Source: an uncultured Rickettsiales bacterium
Lineage (GTDB): Bacteria > Pseudomonadota > Alphaproteobacteria > Rickettsiales > RI-342
Reading direction: 5' to 3'
Length of the DNA stretch: 64,000 nt
NCBI GenBank assembly: GCA_964435165.1
Contig: CAYSXY010000009.1
Span: forward strand, 382 to 64,381
The position numbers and the translations under genes are program-made. Each line of letters begins with the position of its first letter. The stretch's first letter is position 1. Shown here in pieces: positions 18,316 to 28,354 of this stretch. The notes under the pieces are model-generated. The model made no database searches. It was not told where the DNA came from and was given only the letters and a program-made list of their open reading frames with translations.

Positions 18316-19617
18316 ATGAAAATTCTGTTCATCCATCCGAACATGCCGGGCCAGTTCAAACATTTGTGCCGTCATTTTGCTAAAGATCCGGCAAATCAGG
18401 TCGTTTTTTTGACGAAACCACGCCCACAAATCAACCTCAAGAATGTCCATAAGCTTGAATATGTGGTGCCGCGTGAGCCATCGGCTCACACGCACCGCTA
18501 TGTGCTCGGCTTTGAGCGCGCCGTGCTTCAGGGTCAAGAGGCTTACCGCATGTGTCGACAATTGAAGAAAGATGAAGGCTTTGTTCCGGACGTGATTGTG
18601 GCGCATCCTGGCTGGGGTGATACGTTATTTATCAAAGATGTCTATCCGGACACGCCAATACTGAGCTTTTTTGAGTTTTATTACAGCGCCTATGATGCGG
18701 ATGTGAATTTTGATCCGAATGAACCATGCAGTGAAGACGATATTGGCCGTATTCGGGTCAAAAACAGTACCAATATTTTCGCGCTTGAGCAGTCGGACTG
18801 GGGTATCAGCCCGACATTCTGGCAATATAGCCGTCATCCGGAGACCTATCGCCCGAAAATTTCCGTGATTCATGATGGGGTCGATACGGATTATTGCAAA
18901 CCGGGCGATCCGGACATGGAAATTGATTTTCGTGGCGTGAAACTCACGCCGAAGGATGAGGTAATTACCTATGTCGCGCGCAATTTTGAGCCCTATCGTG
19001 GCTTTCCCACCTTCATGCGTGCGGCGGCTGAAATCCTCAAGCGCCGTCCAAATGCACATATCGTGGCTGTCGGCGCCGATGGTGTAAGTTACGGCAAAGC
19101 GGCACCAAGCCATACAACCTACCGCAAAATGATGATGCAGGAGGTCAATTTTTGTGACCCGTCGCGCATCCATTTTTTCAACACGCAGCCTTACAATAAA
19201 CTAATGGCGCTGATTCAACTCTCCAGCGCCCATATTTACCTCACCTATCCCTTTGTATTGTCCTGGTCGATGGTCGAAGCGATGAGTTGTGGTGCGCTGG
19301 TGATTGGCTCGCGCACAGCACCGGTCGAAGAAGTGATCGATGATGGACGCAATGGTCTGCTGGTTGATTTCTTTGAGCCGAAAGAGATTGCTGACAAAGT
19401 GGATGAGATTTTTGCACATAAGGATCGCATGCAGCATCTGCGCGATGCCGCGCGCCAGACGGTGCTGGATCGTTATGCTCTGAAAACGCTGCTACCGCTC
19501 CATGCCTCGCTGGTGACGGATTTGGCCGATCGCAAAACACCGCCGCCAACAGCAGAGCGCATACGCAGCTTATATGCCCAGACCCAATCCGCTAAAGCAG
19601 AGGAGCTTGCAGCCTGA
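18316..19617 (+). CDS. GT4 family glycosyltransferase (Glyco_trans_4_3-type N-terminus)
   Basis: MKILFIHPNMPGQFKHL, HPGWGD, RNFEPYRGF, YLTYPFVLSWSMVEAMSCG. Confidence 0.9.
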   Translation: MKILFIHPNMPGQFKHLCRHFAKDPANQVVFLTKPRPQINLKNVHKLEYVVPREPSAHTHRYVLGFERAVLQGQEAYRMCRQLKKDEGFVPDVIVAHPGWGDTLFIKDVYPDTPILSFFEFYYSAYDADVNFDPNEPCSEDDIGRIRVKNSTNIFALEQSDWGISPTFWQYSRHPETYRPKISVIHDGVDTDYCKPGDPDMEIDFRGVKLTPKDEVITYVARNFEPYRGFPTFMRAAAEILKRRPNAHIVAVGADGVSYGKAAPSHTTYRKMMMQEVNFCDPSRIHFFNTQPYNKLMALIQLSSAHIYLTYPFVLSWSMVEAMSCGALVIGSRTAPVEEVIDDGRNGLLVDFFEPKEIADKVDEIFAHKDRMQHLRDAARQTVLDRYALKTLLPLHASLVTDLADRKTPPPTAERIRSLYAQTQSAKAEELAA

Positions 19618-20309
19618 TGCCTACTACCACCTCCTCATCCAGACCTGCACCTTCCCAAGGTAAAAAACGTGTGCTCTTTATTGAGCCGGGCAAGCCCGAT
19701 CCATCCAAGCTCCATCAGCTTTTTCAGGATACAGCGAAGTGGGACATCGCCTATGTTGATCGCAACACCGACCAGTTTAAACCGGATTTTATCGGCCATC
19801 TTCAGGATTTATCGGCTATCCCGGATGATTATGCCGATGCGCTCTGGTTCATCCAGAAACTGCAAACCGTTCGTCTGGAAAAACTGCCCGAGGTGCTGGC
19901 GACTTTCAAACGTATCCTCCGCCCCAATGGTCAGGTGGTGACGGTGTGCCCCGATGCATTCCTCGCTGCCGAGCATATTTATGAATATCGCATCATGGAG
20001 CCACTCAAAATCGGCGAGATTAGCCGCACGGTGCAGGATGTATTCTATGGAGCCGATGAGCCGTTCCACAATTGTTTTACGGCCGGATCACTCGGCAAAG
20101 CCTTTCTTCATGCGGGTTTTCGCAATATCCAGATTAGTCGGCAAAGCTTTAATCTGTGGATGGCTGCCACCTATGAACCTGCTTCTGTTACCAAAGATAG
20201 TGAGAAGATCCGTATTAATGACCATCATCAGGCCTATGATGGTCAAAAAGATGATTTGTCCGCCCCGCCAACACAATGGTCACCTTTAAACTTAAACCAG
20301 GCAGCGTGA
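19617..20309 (+). CDS. Class I SAM-methyltransferase-like protein, degenerate motif I
   Basis: PDFIG…DLSAIPD..AD…FKRILRPNG.V…CPD and H..CFT…L…..AGF pattern; IEPG where a GxG loop is expected. Confidence 0.6.
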   Translation: MPTTTSSSRPAPSQGKKRVLFIEPGKPDPSKLHQLFQDTAKWDIAYVDRNTDQFKPDFIGHLQDLSAIPDDYADALWFIQKLQTVRLEKLPEVLATFKRILRPNGQVVTVCPDAFLAAEHIYEYRIMEPLKIGEISRTVQDVFYGADEPFHNCFTAGSLGKAFLHAGFRNIQISRQSFNLWMAATYEPASVTKDSEKIRINDHHQAYDGQKDDLSAPPTQWSPLNLNQAA

Positions 20310-20398
20310 CGCTACATTGTCGCATCATGATGTTGTCCGGGATGACGTCTTCCATCATGGGCGCTGTGCTATGTGGTCAGATGCAGTGAGCATAATGG

Positions 20399-20413
20399 CT
20401 AAGCGAATCTTAA
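20399..20413. promoter_or_regulatory. Possible CtrA box (one mismatch) upstream of T1SS pair 1
   Basis: CTAA-gcgaatc-TTAA, 23 nt before the ATG at 20437. Confidence 0.3.
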
Positions 20414-20436
20414 ACATCGCGGATTATAGATAAGCT

Positions 20437-22152
20437 ATGTCATCGTCCCAGCCTAAAGCCCATTATCTGAACGACGTGTTCGCACGGGTCAAACGCGTGC
20501 TGCGTTTTGCTCTGTTATTCAGCCTGGCCAGCAACCTGCTGATGCTTGCCCTGCCGCTATACTCCCTGCAGGTGCTGGATCGCGTGTTATCCAGCCGTAG
20601 TTACGATACATTATTGGTCCTTAGTTTTATTGCGATATGCGCCTTTGTATTTTTTGGGTTGTTCCAGGCGGTGCGCCAGTTCATCGCCACGCGTATCGGT
20701 GAGTGGATCGACGCCAAGGTCGCGCCCGATATCTTTGAGCGCTCTATTCGCCTGGCAGCACAGCAGCAAGGAACGCAAGGCTCACAGAATATGCGTGACC
20801 TGGCTACTATTAAGGGCTTTCTCACCGGGCCGGGCTTTCAAACCGTAATGGATGCGCCCTGGGCACCGCTTTTTCTGCTGATCGTCTTCCTGATCAACCC
20901 GGTACTGGGCACTGTGACGATTGTCGGCGCTATTCTGCTGTTCTTTCTGGCTCTCATGACCGAATTTGCGACCAAGAAGGATACCATGCAGGCACAGCAG
21001 GAAAACCTGCATTGTTTGCAAATTAACGATACAGCCATTCGCAACGCCGAAGCCATTGAGGCAATGGGGATGATGCCGGGCCTGCGCAGTTCGTGGCAGA
21101 CATCAAATCAGCGCGTCAAACAATTGCAAGGCCAGGCGGCGAATCGCTATAACCTCATCACCGCCGCATCCAAAAGTCTGCGTATGCTTATTCAGATCGG
21201 CATTATGGGCGCCGGTGCCATTATGGCACTGAATAACCAACTCAGTATTGGTGGCATGATTGCCGCATCGATTCTCACCGGGCGAGCACTCGCCCCGTTT
21301 GATGCGGCCATTACCATCTGGAAGAATATTCTGGCCGCGCGCGACGCCTATCAACGGCTGAACACCTCACTATCCGCACAGACCATTCATCGGGGCACCC
21401 TTAACCTGCCAGCACCCAACGGCGCGTTAGCTGTTGAGAATGTTTTATTCCGCCCGCCTGGGCGTGATCACCTGGTGTTACGGAGTGTCAGTTTTCAACT
21501 CCATCCCGGTGATACGATGGGGCTGATCGGCGCCAGCGCCGCCGGCAAATCCACACTCGGAAAGTTGCTGGTCGGCATCTGGCCGGCCACATCCGGTCAT
21601 ATTCGTCTCGATGGGGTGGATGTCTATAAATGGAACCGCGAAGATGTCGGGCAGTATATCGGCTACCTGCCACAGGAAGTGGATTTGTTTGAAGGAACCA
21701 TCAAAGATAATATTGCCCGGATGCAGTCCGATGCGCCGATGAACAAGGTCATCGACGCGGCAAAAATGGCCCAGGTGCATGAATTCATTCTTGAATTCCC
21801 GGATGGGTATGAAACCGTGGTCGGTAGCGGCTTAGTCACCTTTTCTCCCGGGCAGAAGCAGCGCATTGCGCTGGCCCGCGCCTTATACGGCACTCCTAAA
21901 TTACTGGTGCTTGACGAGCCCAATTCCAACCTTGATGGTGATGGCGAACAGGCATTGATTCGTGCCCTGGAGGCGGCCAAAGCGCAACATATCACTACCA
22001 TCGTCATTGCGCATAAACCTTCGCTGGTCAATCATCTGGAAAAAGTGCTGGTATTGCGCGAAGGACGTGTGGAGATATTTGGGCCGCGCGATGATGTGCT
22101 CAAACGCTATGTCCGCCCGGTTCAGAATAAGGGAGGTGAACATGCCGCCTGA
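20437..22152 (+). CDS. Type I secretion ABC permease/ATPase, PrtD/AprD/RsaD family (copy 1)
   Basis: LYSLQVLDRVLSSRS.DTL, DAPWAP, Walker A GASAAGKST, GYLPQEVDLF.GT, LDEPNSNLD; signature variant FSPGQ. Confidence 0.93.
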   Translation: MSSSQPKAHYLNDVFARVKRVLRFALLFSLASNLLMLALPLYSLQVLDRVLSSRSYDTLLVLSFIAICAFVFFGLFQAVRQFIATRIGEWIDAKVAPDIFERSIRLAAQQQGTQGSQNMRDLATIKGFLTGPGFQTVMDAPWAPLFLLIVFLINPVLGTVTIVGAILLFFLALMTEFATKKDTMQAQQENLHCLQINDTAIRNAEAIEAMGMMPGLRSSWQTSNQRVKQLQGQAANRYNLITAASKSLRMLIQIGIMGAGAIMALNNQLSIGGMIAASILTGRALAPFDAAITIWKNILAARDAYQRLNTSLSAQTIHRGTLNLPAPNGALAVENVLFRPPGRDHLVLRSVSFQLHPGDTMGLIGASAAGKSTLGKLLVGIWPATSGHIRLDGVDVYKWNREDVGQYIGYLPQEVDLFEGTIKDNIARMQSDAPMNKVIDAAKMAQVHEFILEFPDGYETVVGSGLVTFSPGQKQRIALARALYGTPKLLVLDEPNSNLDGDGEQALIRALEAAKAQHITTIVIAHKPSLVNHLEKVLVLREGRVEIFGPRDDVLKRYVRPVQNKGGEHAA

Positions 22153-23548
22153 GCCCCGCCAAAAACATCAGGAGGAGTCCGCCGCCCCGGCATTTGTTCA
22201 GGGATGGCTGCAACGGCTGGATCGCTGGGCCTCGGTTATTCGTGGTTCGCAACCTATGGAAGCGGATGACCGGATCGCACGCGGACCGATTCGCTTTGGT
22301 CTCTACGCCTTCATCCTGATATTCGGCATCTTCGGCCTGTGGTCAGCGTTTGCTCCTCTGGACAGTGCGGCCATTGCCCCGGGCATCGTGGTGCTGGACT
22401 CTAACCGCAAACAGATACAGCATCTTGAGGGCGGTATTGTCGATGAGATACTGGTCACTGAAGGGCAGTTTGTCGATGCTGGCGACACATTGGTACGATT
22501 GAGTGAGACAGCAGCCAAAGCCCGGCTGGAACTGGTGAGCGGACAGCTGCATGCCGAGCGCGCCACCGCCGCACGGCTGGTAGCGGAGCGCGATGACGCA
22601 GGACGCATTGACTTTCCTCCGGATTTATTAAATTCCACTGACCCGGAATTGGCGGAAATCATTGAGAGCCAACGCCGCCTGTTCACGGTCCGGCAAGATG
22701 CGCTCAGCAGTAAAATCGGCGTTTTGAGCAAGCGCATTGAGCAATTCCGCGATGAGATTCGCGGCCTGCGCTCGCAAACCACCTCGACCGAAGACCAATT
22801 AGTACTCATCAAAGAAGAGGTGAGCGTGGTTGATAGCCTGCTCAAAAAAGGCAATGCCGTTAAACCACGCTTGCTGGCATTGCAACGTCAGCAGGCAGAG
22901 TTGGAAGGACGGCGCGGTGAATATCTGGCCATGATTGCCCGGGCCCAGCAAAGTATCACCCAAACCGATATCGAAATTCTGAATATACAGAATGAGCATC
23001 TGAAAGATCTGGTCGATCAGTTGCGTGAAACGCAAGAGCGTATCGCACAACTACAGGAGCAGCGCAATACTGCCAAAGACGTGCTGGACCGGCTGGTAGT
23101 GGTGGCACCACAAAGCGGTATTATTACCGGTATGAAAATTCATACCCAGGGCGGGGTGATTGCACCGGGTGAGACAGTGATGGAACTGGTGCCGCAAGAT
23201 GACAAGTTGATTATTGAAGCGCGTGTCTCACCACAGGATATTGATGTCGTCCATCAGGGGCTTGAAGCGCAGGTACGACTAACCGCGTTCAAAACACGTA
23301 AAATCCCTCCTGTGCGAGGTGATGTGATTTATGTCTCGGCTGATCGTTTCATCGACCCGCAAACCAATCAGGGATATTTTTTATCGCGCATTGAGATTGA
23401 TGAAGACGAACTGATGCGTCTGCAGGAAGTCGAACTCTACCCGGGCATGCCTGCCGATGTCTTAATCGTCACAGGGTCGCGTACGTTGTTGTCTTATTTG
23501 ATCGCGCCGATTACCGACAGTTTTTATCTCGCATTTCGCGAACAGTGA
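22142..23548 (+). CDS. HlyD family T1SS membrane fusion protein (copy 1)
   Basis: TM, NRKQIQHLEGGIV, coiled coil, GGVIAPGE, PGMPADVLI.TG.RT; GGAGG RBS before ATG 22142. Confidence 0.93.
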   Translation: MPPEPRQKHQEESAAPAFVQGWLQRLDRWASVIRGSQPMEADDRIARGPIRFGLYAFILIFGIFGLWSAFAPLDSAAIAPGIVVLDSNRKQIQHLEGGIVDEILVTEGQFVDAGDTLVRLSETAAKARLELVSGQLHAERATAARLVAERDDAGRIDFPPDLLNSTDPELAEIIESQRRLFTVRQDALSSKIGVLSKRIEQFRDEIRGLRSQTTSTEDQLVLIKEEVSVVDSLLKKGNAVKPRLLALQRQQAELEGRRGEYLAMIARAQQSITQTDIEILNIQNEHLKDLVDQLRETQERIAQLQEQRNTAKDVLDRLVVVAPQSGIITGMKIHTQGGVIAPGETVMELVPQDDKLIIEARVSPQDIDVVHQGLEAQVRLTAFKTRKIPPVRGDVIYVSADRFIDPQTNQGYFLSRIEIDEDELMRLQEVELYPGMPADVLIVTGSRTLLSYLIAPITDSFYLAFREQ

Positions 23549-23553
23549 TTTTA

Positions 23554-23575
23554 GGCTCTTGTGACGATTAATTTA
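23554..23575 (+). mobile_element. Solo terminal inverted repeat of the MITE family at 56848-57118
   Basis: TA followed by GGCTCTTGTGACGATTAATTTA, 19/22 identical to the MITE left end. Confidence 0.55.
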
Positions 23576-23609
23576 TTTCATGCGCTACCGCTTCGCTATT
23601 TGAGCGCTA

Positions 23610-25043
23610 TCAGGCACGGCCATAGGCATCTTCCAGCCTGACAATATCCTGTTCATCCAGTGCCGAGCCGCGTTGTAACTCAATGATGTGCAATTCTTCA
23701 TCTGCATCATTATAGATGCGATGCGTCGTCCCCGCCGGAATAAAGCAACTGTCTCCGGGATGTAACAGCTGTACTTCCTCACCGCGTTCCACCCGGGCCT
23801 GTCCTTTGGCGACCAGCCAATATTCACTGCGATTGCGATGATATTGACGCGAGGTACACTCGCCCGGCAGTAATACCAGTTTTTTCACCCGGTAGTCAGC
23901 GTGATAATCAAGCACACGCTGCCAGCCCCATGGCGAGGGTGGCAGTGCTTCGTCTGCTCCAGCCTGATCGTGATGACAGCGTTGCGTCATCACCTTCTGC
24001 GGGCTCTGATCTTTCGGCATCACCAGCATGCCACGTTCCGAGACAATAATGGCCAGATTATCCACGCCCTGCACCAAAACCGGCACCGTCTCGCTATGAA
24101 CATAATTGGCCGCTGCCTCATAAAAATGCGCCGTTCCATGCGCCACATTATTGTCGCTATCTTTATTCGCCATCTGATAATAGGCTTGCCACTGGCCCAT
24201 ATCCGTCCATGCAAAATGGCAAGGTAGCATGGCTCCCTTCTCCGTTTTCTCCATGATGGCTTTATCAAATGGGAGGGAAGGAATTTCAGCCCATGCTTCC
24301 GCGGCTAAATGCACATAGCGCCCTTCCGAAGTCGCCTCTGCAAGCGCCTCGCAGCACAGTCGATCGATATCCGGCGCGTAATGTTTTGCCTGCTCTATCA
24401 CCACATCACAGCGTGCAATAAAAAGGCCGCTATTCCAACAGGCGCCATCGGCAATATATTGCGCGGCATCCGCCTCATTCGGTTTTTCAATAAAATTCCG
24501 GATATGACTACCGTTACTGTTTGCGATCGGATCGCCTGGCACGATGTAACCATAATGCGTACTGGGGTGATCCGGCGCTATACCAAGCGTGGTAAGATAG
24601 CCATCGCGCGCCATGACAACCGCCTGCTCTAGCTGTTGATGAAATGATGCTGCATCGCTGATCCAGTGATCCGTCGGGCATATGGCCATGATGGCTGCCT
24701 CACCATAGCCGGCCGCCAGATAATGAGCGGCTGCAATGATTGAGGCCGCGGTGTTGCGCGACGCCGGTTCCATGACGCAGTGCCATCCTGGTGCATCATT
24801 TGACAATTGCAACTGCACATAGTGTTGATAGCGCTGGTGCGTCATCACCAATAATGTTTCATGCCCCTGCCATAGCTGAGCAGCACGTTGAAATAAGGAC
24901 GGCGCGGATGACGCATCTGTCTCCGCGTTTGATAAATGATGTACGGGCAAAAATTGTTTGGGACGCTTTGGTACAGAATGCGGCCAGAGTCGCGTTCCGC
25001 TTCCACCGGCGAGTAATACGGGGATAAGCGGGCTATCAGTCAT
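23610..25043 (-). CDS. manC: Mannose-1-phosphate guanylyltransferase / mannose-6-phosphate isomerase
   Basis: LAGGSGTRLWP.S…PKQF, EP.SRNTA, FIEKP, WNSG, C-terminal cupin (QYH..RSEYW) and DIVRLED.YGR. Confidence 0.92.
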   Translation of the reverse strand: MTDSPLIPVLLAGGSGTRLWPHSVPKRPKQFLPVHHLSNAETDASSAPSLFQRAAQLWQGHETLLVMTHQRYQHYVQLQLSNDAPGWHCVMEPASRNTAASIIAAAHYLAAGYGEAAIMAICPTDHWISDAASFHQQLEQAVVMARDGYLTTLGIAPDHPSTHYGYIVPGDPIANSNGSHIRNFIEKPNEADAAQYIADGACWNSGLFIARCDVVIEQAKHYAPDIDRLCCEALAEATSEGRYVHLAAEAWAEIPSLPFDKAIMEKTEKGAMLPCHFAWTDMGQWQAYYQMANKDSDNNVAHGTAHFYEAAANYVHSETVPVLVQGVDNLAIIVSERGMLVMPKDQSPQKVMTQRCHHDQAGADEALPPSPWGWQRVLDYHADYRVKKLVLLPGECTSRQYHRNRSEYWLVAKGQARVERGEEVQLLHPGDSCFIPAGTTHRIYNDADEELHIIELQRGSALDEQDIVRLEDAYGRA

Positions 25044-25046
25044 CTG

Positions 25047-25784
25047 TCACACCATGAATTTATCATCATCCTGCAGCACCATCGCCGGCTCCTGCATTGG
25101 CCTGACCGATTGTTGTCGTGCCATCATCGATAAATAAGGCCAACGCCCTTCTGCTAATTCACTGGTGGTAATCAGCGTCATTTCTTTGCCTTGGAGAAAC
25201 GCCGCCCACCGGTTGAATGGTACATCTCGTATTGCATCAAAGGTAAGAATATGGCCTGCCGGGATATTAGGCACGCCATGTGATTTGGGAGTCAAACAGC
25301 CCTCCTTCTCCAACACTTCCATCGCGTTGTGATAAGCTGTTGTTTTTTCCGTCAAGCTGGACAGTGCCTTGCCCAAATCCCTTACATGGTCAGCTAAATC
25401 GCCTTTCTCGTTCCAAAGCGGCAATGATGCATGGTCAGCGGTGAGTAAGCGGCTATGCTGATCTATGCATAGTACCTGCTGCGTTGCATCTATTTTCAGT
25501 AAGATGAATGGGTAGGCTTTCACAGCCGCCGGAATATACAGCCCCCGCCAGGCGCCTTTATCATCGACCAGATTATTCTTTACTCCGTCAGAAGAAAAAA
25601 TAGCGATAGGCATTATGCCGGAGGTATTCTTGACAAATAACACCGGGTATTCCTGCGCCGCCTGATAAAGTTCCGTCCAGAATAATGGAGCCCATAACAG
25701 ATGACTGGCAAAGCCATATCCTTCTTTTTTCTTCAACCCCAGATGGGCATGTGCCTCACGGCTAAGCGGCGTATACTGGTACAT
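25047..25784 (-). CDS. SapC family protein (copy 1)
   Basis: PL….H..L…..YGFA…..PL…E….A.EYPVLF…N.LVD..G.W…YIPA….YPF pattern; ATG 25784 preferred over 25850. Confidence 0.75.
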   Translation of the reverse strand: MYQYTPLSREAHAHLGLKKKEGYGFASHLLWAPLFWTELYQAAQEYPVLFVKNTSGIMPIAIFSSDGVKNNLVDDKGAWRGLYIPAAVKAYPFILLKIDATQQVLCIDQHSRLLTADHASLPLWNEKGDLADHVRDLGKALSSLTEKTTAYHNAMEVLEKEGCLTPKSHGVPNIPAGHILTFDAIRDVPFNRWAAFLQGKEMTLITTSELAEGRWPYLSMMARQQSVRPMQEPAMVLQDDDKFMV

Positions 25785-25955
25785 AAAGGCTGTATAATGG
25801 TCTTGTTTAGAATCAAATGAACAGGCATTGTATAACGTCGCAACACGCATGGGTGAGACGACTAACCGTTACTTTATATTAAGTATGCCTTTTCTTCCAG
25901 CAGCAACCTCACTATATTAGGGATGTTTTATCATCGATGTATGAGTCATATTCTT

Positions 25956-27053
25956 ATGCGAAGTTTTCTACCGCACGCGCTTGATCTTAATAATAAGCAT
26001 ATTCTGGTCACCGGAGGCACGGGCACCTTCGGCCAGGCGTTCGTCAAAAATGTGCTAAGCGATTACGCACCGGCCCGCCTGATCATTTATTCGCGTGATG
26101 AACTCAAGCAGTTCGATATGCAGCAGTCGCTTAAATCCTATCCGCATTATGACAGCTTGCGTTTTTTCATCGGTGATGTGCGTGACCGCGACCGCTTGAC
26201 CCTCGCCATGCGCGGCATTGATTATGTGATTCACGCAGCGGCCCTTAAACAAATCCCGGCTGCCGAATACAACCCGATGGAATGTTTGCGCACCAATGTG
26301 AACGGGGCAGAGAACATCGTGCGGGCGGCACTGGATAATCAGGTGAAGAAAGTGGTGGCGCTTTCCACGGACAAGGCGGCCAGTCCACTGAATCTGTACG
26401 GAGCCAGTAAATTGGCATCCGATAAGATTTTCGTCGCGGCCAACCATTTGAGCGGCAGCATCGGCACACGCTTTTCGGTCGTGCGTTATGGCAATGTGGT
26501 TGGTTCACGCGGCAGTGTGATTCCGTTTTTTCTCAAGCTAATGGCCGAAGATGCAGACCACCTGCCCATCACCGACAACCGTATGACACGTTTTTGGATC
26601 ACCCTGAAGCAGGGCGTGGCGTTCGTGCTGTCTTCGCTGGAGATGATGCGTGGCGGCGAGGTGTTTGTGCCGAAAATTCCCAGCATGCGCATTAACGATC
26701 TGGCGAGTATGATGGCACCTGATCTGCCTCAGCGTGTCGTCGGCATTCGCCCCGGCGAGAAATTGCATGAAATTATGATTACAGAAGATGATGCACGTTC
26801 GACCATTGAGTTGGATGATCGTTACATTATTGAACCGGCCTTCGCCTTCTGGCAGCGCGCTCCTTACCGCTCGGTCGAACCCGTGCCGGTGCCGGAGGAA
26901 GGCTTCAGCTATGCCAGTCACACTAACACCGAATGGCTGGATCATGCCGGTATGCGCCAGTTGCTGCTGGACTCGGATATTGTTCTACCCGGCTCTCATC
27001 ATACATCCCAAGCCTCATCCAAGAGCGCGGCAGCACCGCAGAAAGTTGCCTGA
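25956..27053 (+). CDS. pseB: UDP-N-acetylglucosamine 4,6-dehydratase (inverting), PseB/FlmA
   Basis: TGGTGTFG, YSRDELKQ, AALKQIPAAEYNP, STDKA, YGASK, RYGNVVGSRGSVIP, GIRPGEKLHE. Confidence 0.93.
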   Translation: MRSFLPHALDLNNKHILVTGGTGTFGQAFVKNVLSDYAPARLIIYSRDELKQFDMQQSLKSYPHYDSLRFFIGDVRDRDRLTLAMRGIDYVIHAAALKQIPAAEYNPMECLRTNVNGAENIVRAALDNQVKKVVALSTDKAASPLNLYGASKLASDKIFVAANHLSGSIGTRFSVVRYGNVVGSRGSVIPFFLKLMAEDADHLPITDNRMTRFWITLKQGVAFVLSSLEMMRGGEVFVPKIPSMRINDLASMMAPDLPQRVVGIRPGEKLHEIMITEDDARSTIELDDRYIIEPAFAFWQRAPYRSVEPVPVPEEGFSYASHTNTEWLDHAGMRQLLLDSDIVLPGSHHTSQASSKSAAAPQKVA

Positions 27054-28288
27054 TGCTGCCTTATGGCCGTCAGCTGATTGAAGAGGACGATATAGACGCT
27101 GTTGTTGAAGCGTTACGCAGTCCTTTCTTAACGACCGGGCCTGCGGTTGCCGCTTTCGAAGACGCATTGGCGGATGCGGTAGATGCTCCTTATGCCGTCG
27201 CCTGTTCCAGCGGCACGGCGGCCCTACACCTTGCCTGCATGGCGGTGGAACTTGGCACAGGCGATGCCGCCATTGTGCCTAGCATGACCTTTCTGGCCAC
27301 GGCCAATGCCGTGCGCTTTTGTGGGGCCGAAGTAGTGTTTGCTGATGTGTGCCCGCAGACCGGGCTAATGACCCCGGAGACATTGGAAGCCGCCCTTAAA
27401 CAGGCAAAACATCAAGGGTTACATGTAAAGGCTGCTTTCCCGGTTCATTTGAACGGACAGACGGCAGACTTGCCTGCTATTGGCGCTGTGGCTGCAAAAA
27501 ATGGACTGACACTCATTGAAGATGGGTGCCATGCGCTGGGCACGCAATATCATAATGGAACGAATGCGATGAGATCAGTTGGGGACTCTCGCATCAGCCA
27601 GATGACCTCCTTTTCGTTTCATCCGGTCAAAACCATCGCGATGGGTGAAGGTGGCGCCGTCACTACGCGCGATGCAGCCCTGGCAGAGCGCATGCGTCGT
27701 TTGCGTAATCATGGGATGGTGCGTACGGACGATCCAGCCTCTCTCTCCAGGCCGGACTATGGCACCGACGGGCAAGGGCATGTGATGCCTTGGTATTATG
27801 AAATGCCGGAGGTCGGGTATAATTACCGGGCCAGCGATATTCATTGTGCGCTGGGTCTGTCTCAATTACGTAAGCTTGCGCGTTTCAAACGCATCCGCCG
27901 AGCGCTGAAAGCACAGTATGATACGCTGCTCGCGCCGCTGGCGCCTGCGATTATTCCGGTTCCTCACCTGCCTTATTCGGAAGCGACCTACCATCTGTGT
28001 GCGGTGCATGTGGACTGGCAAGCGTTGGGAATGGAGCGCAGTGCCATGATGCAGCAGTTAATAGCAGCGGGCATCGGCACGCAGGTCCATTATATTCCGG
28101 TTCATCAACAACCTTATTATCGTGCCCGCTATGGCTCTTTGTCGCTGCCCGGGGCCGATGCCTACTACCACTCTATCCTCAGCCTTCCGCTGCATGTGGG
28201 CATGCAAGAGGAGGATGTCGCCCGGGTGGTCCATCAGCTAACTCAAATGCTCAAGCACGCCGATACCGCCGCGCTTGCCAGCGCCTGA
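27053..28288 (+). CDS. pseC: UDP-4-amino-4,6-dideoxy-N-acetyl-L-altrosamine transaminase, PseC/FlmB
   Basis: MLPYGRQ…FLTTGP, SSGTAALHLA, FSFHPVK PLP lysine, GEGG, GIGTQVHYIP; TGATG overlap with pseB. Confidence 0.9.
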   Translation: MLPYGRQLIEEDDIDAVVEALRSPFLTTGPAVAAFEDALADAVDAPYAVACSSGTAALHLACMAVELGTGDAAIVPSMTFLATANAVRFCGAEVVFADVCPQTGLMTPETLEAALKQAKHQGLHVKAAFPVHLNGQTADLPAIGAVAAKNGLTLIEDGCHALGTQYHNGTNAMRSVGDSRISQMTSFSFHPVKTIAMGEGGAVTTRDAALAERMRRLRNHGMVRTDDPASLSRPDYGTDGQGHVMPWYYEMPEVGYNYRASDIHCALGLSQLRKLARFKRIRRALKAQYDTLLAPLAPAIIPVPHLPYSEATYHLCAVHVDWQALGMERSAMMQQLIAAGIGTQVHYIPVHQQPYYRARYGSLSLPGADAYYHSILSLPLHVGMQEEDVARVVHQLTQMLKHADTAALASA

Positions 28289-28354
28289 CCGTCAAGTGCG
28301 GCATGCCTTGCATAATATGCGCTTCTGGCTTGGCCATTTGATGCTAAATAATGA

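Noticed and set aside
21962-22141. Long 5' extensions in the ORF track (also 26933, 29971, 33433, 36814, 40391, 49887)
   Set aside because: They overlap upstream genes; downstream starts with RBS or stop-start coupling fit the family N-termini better.
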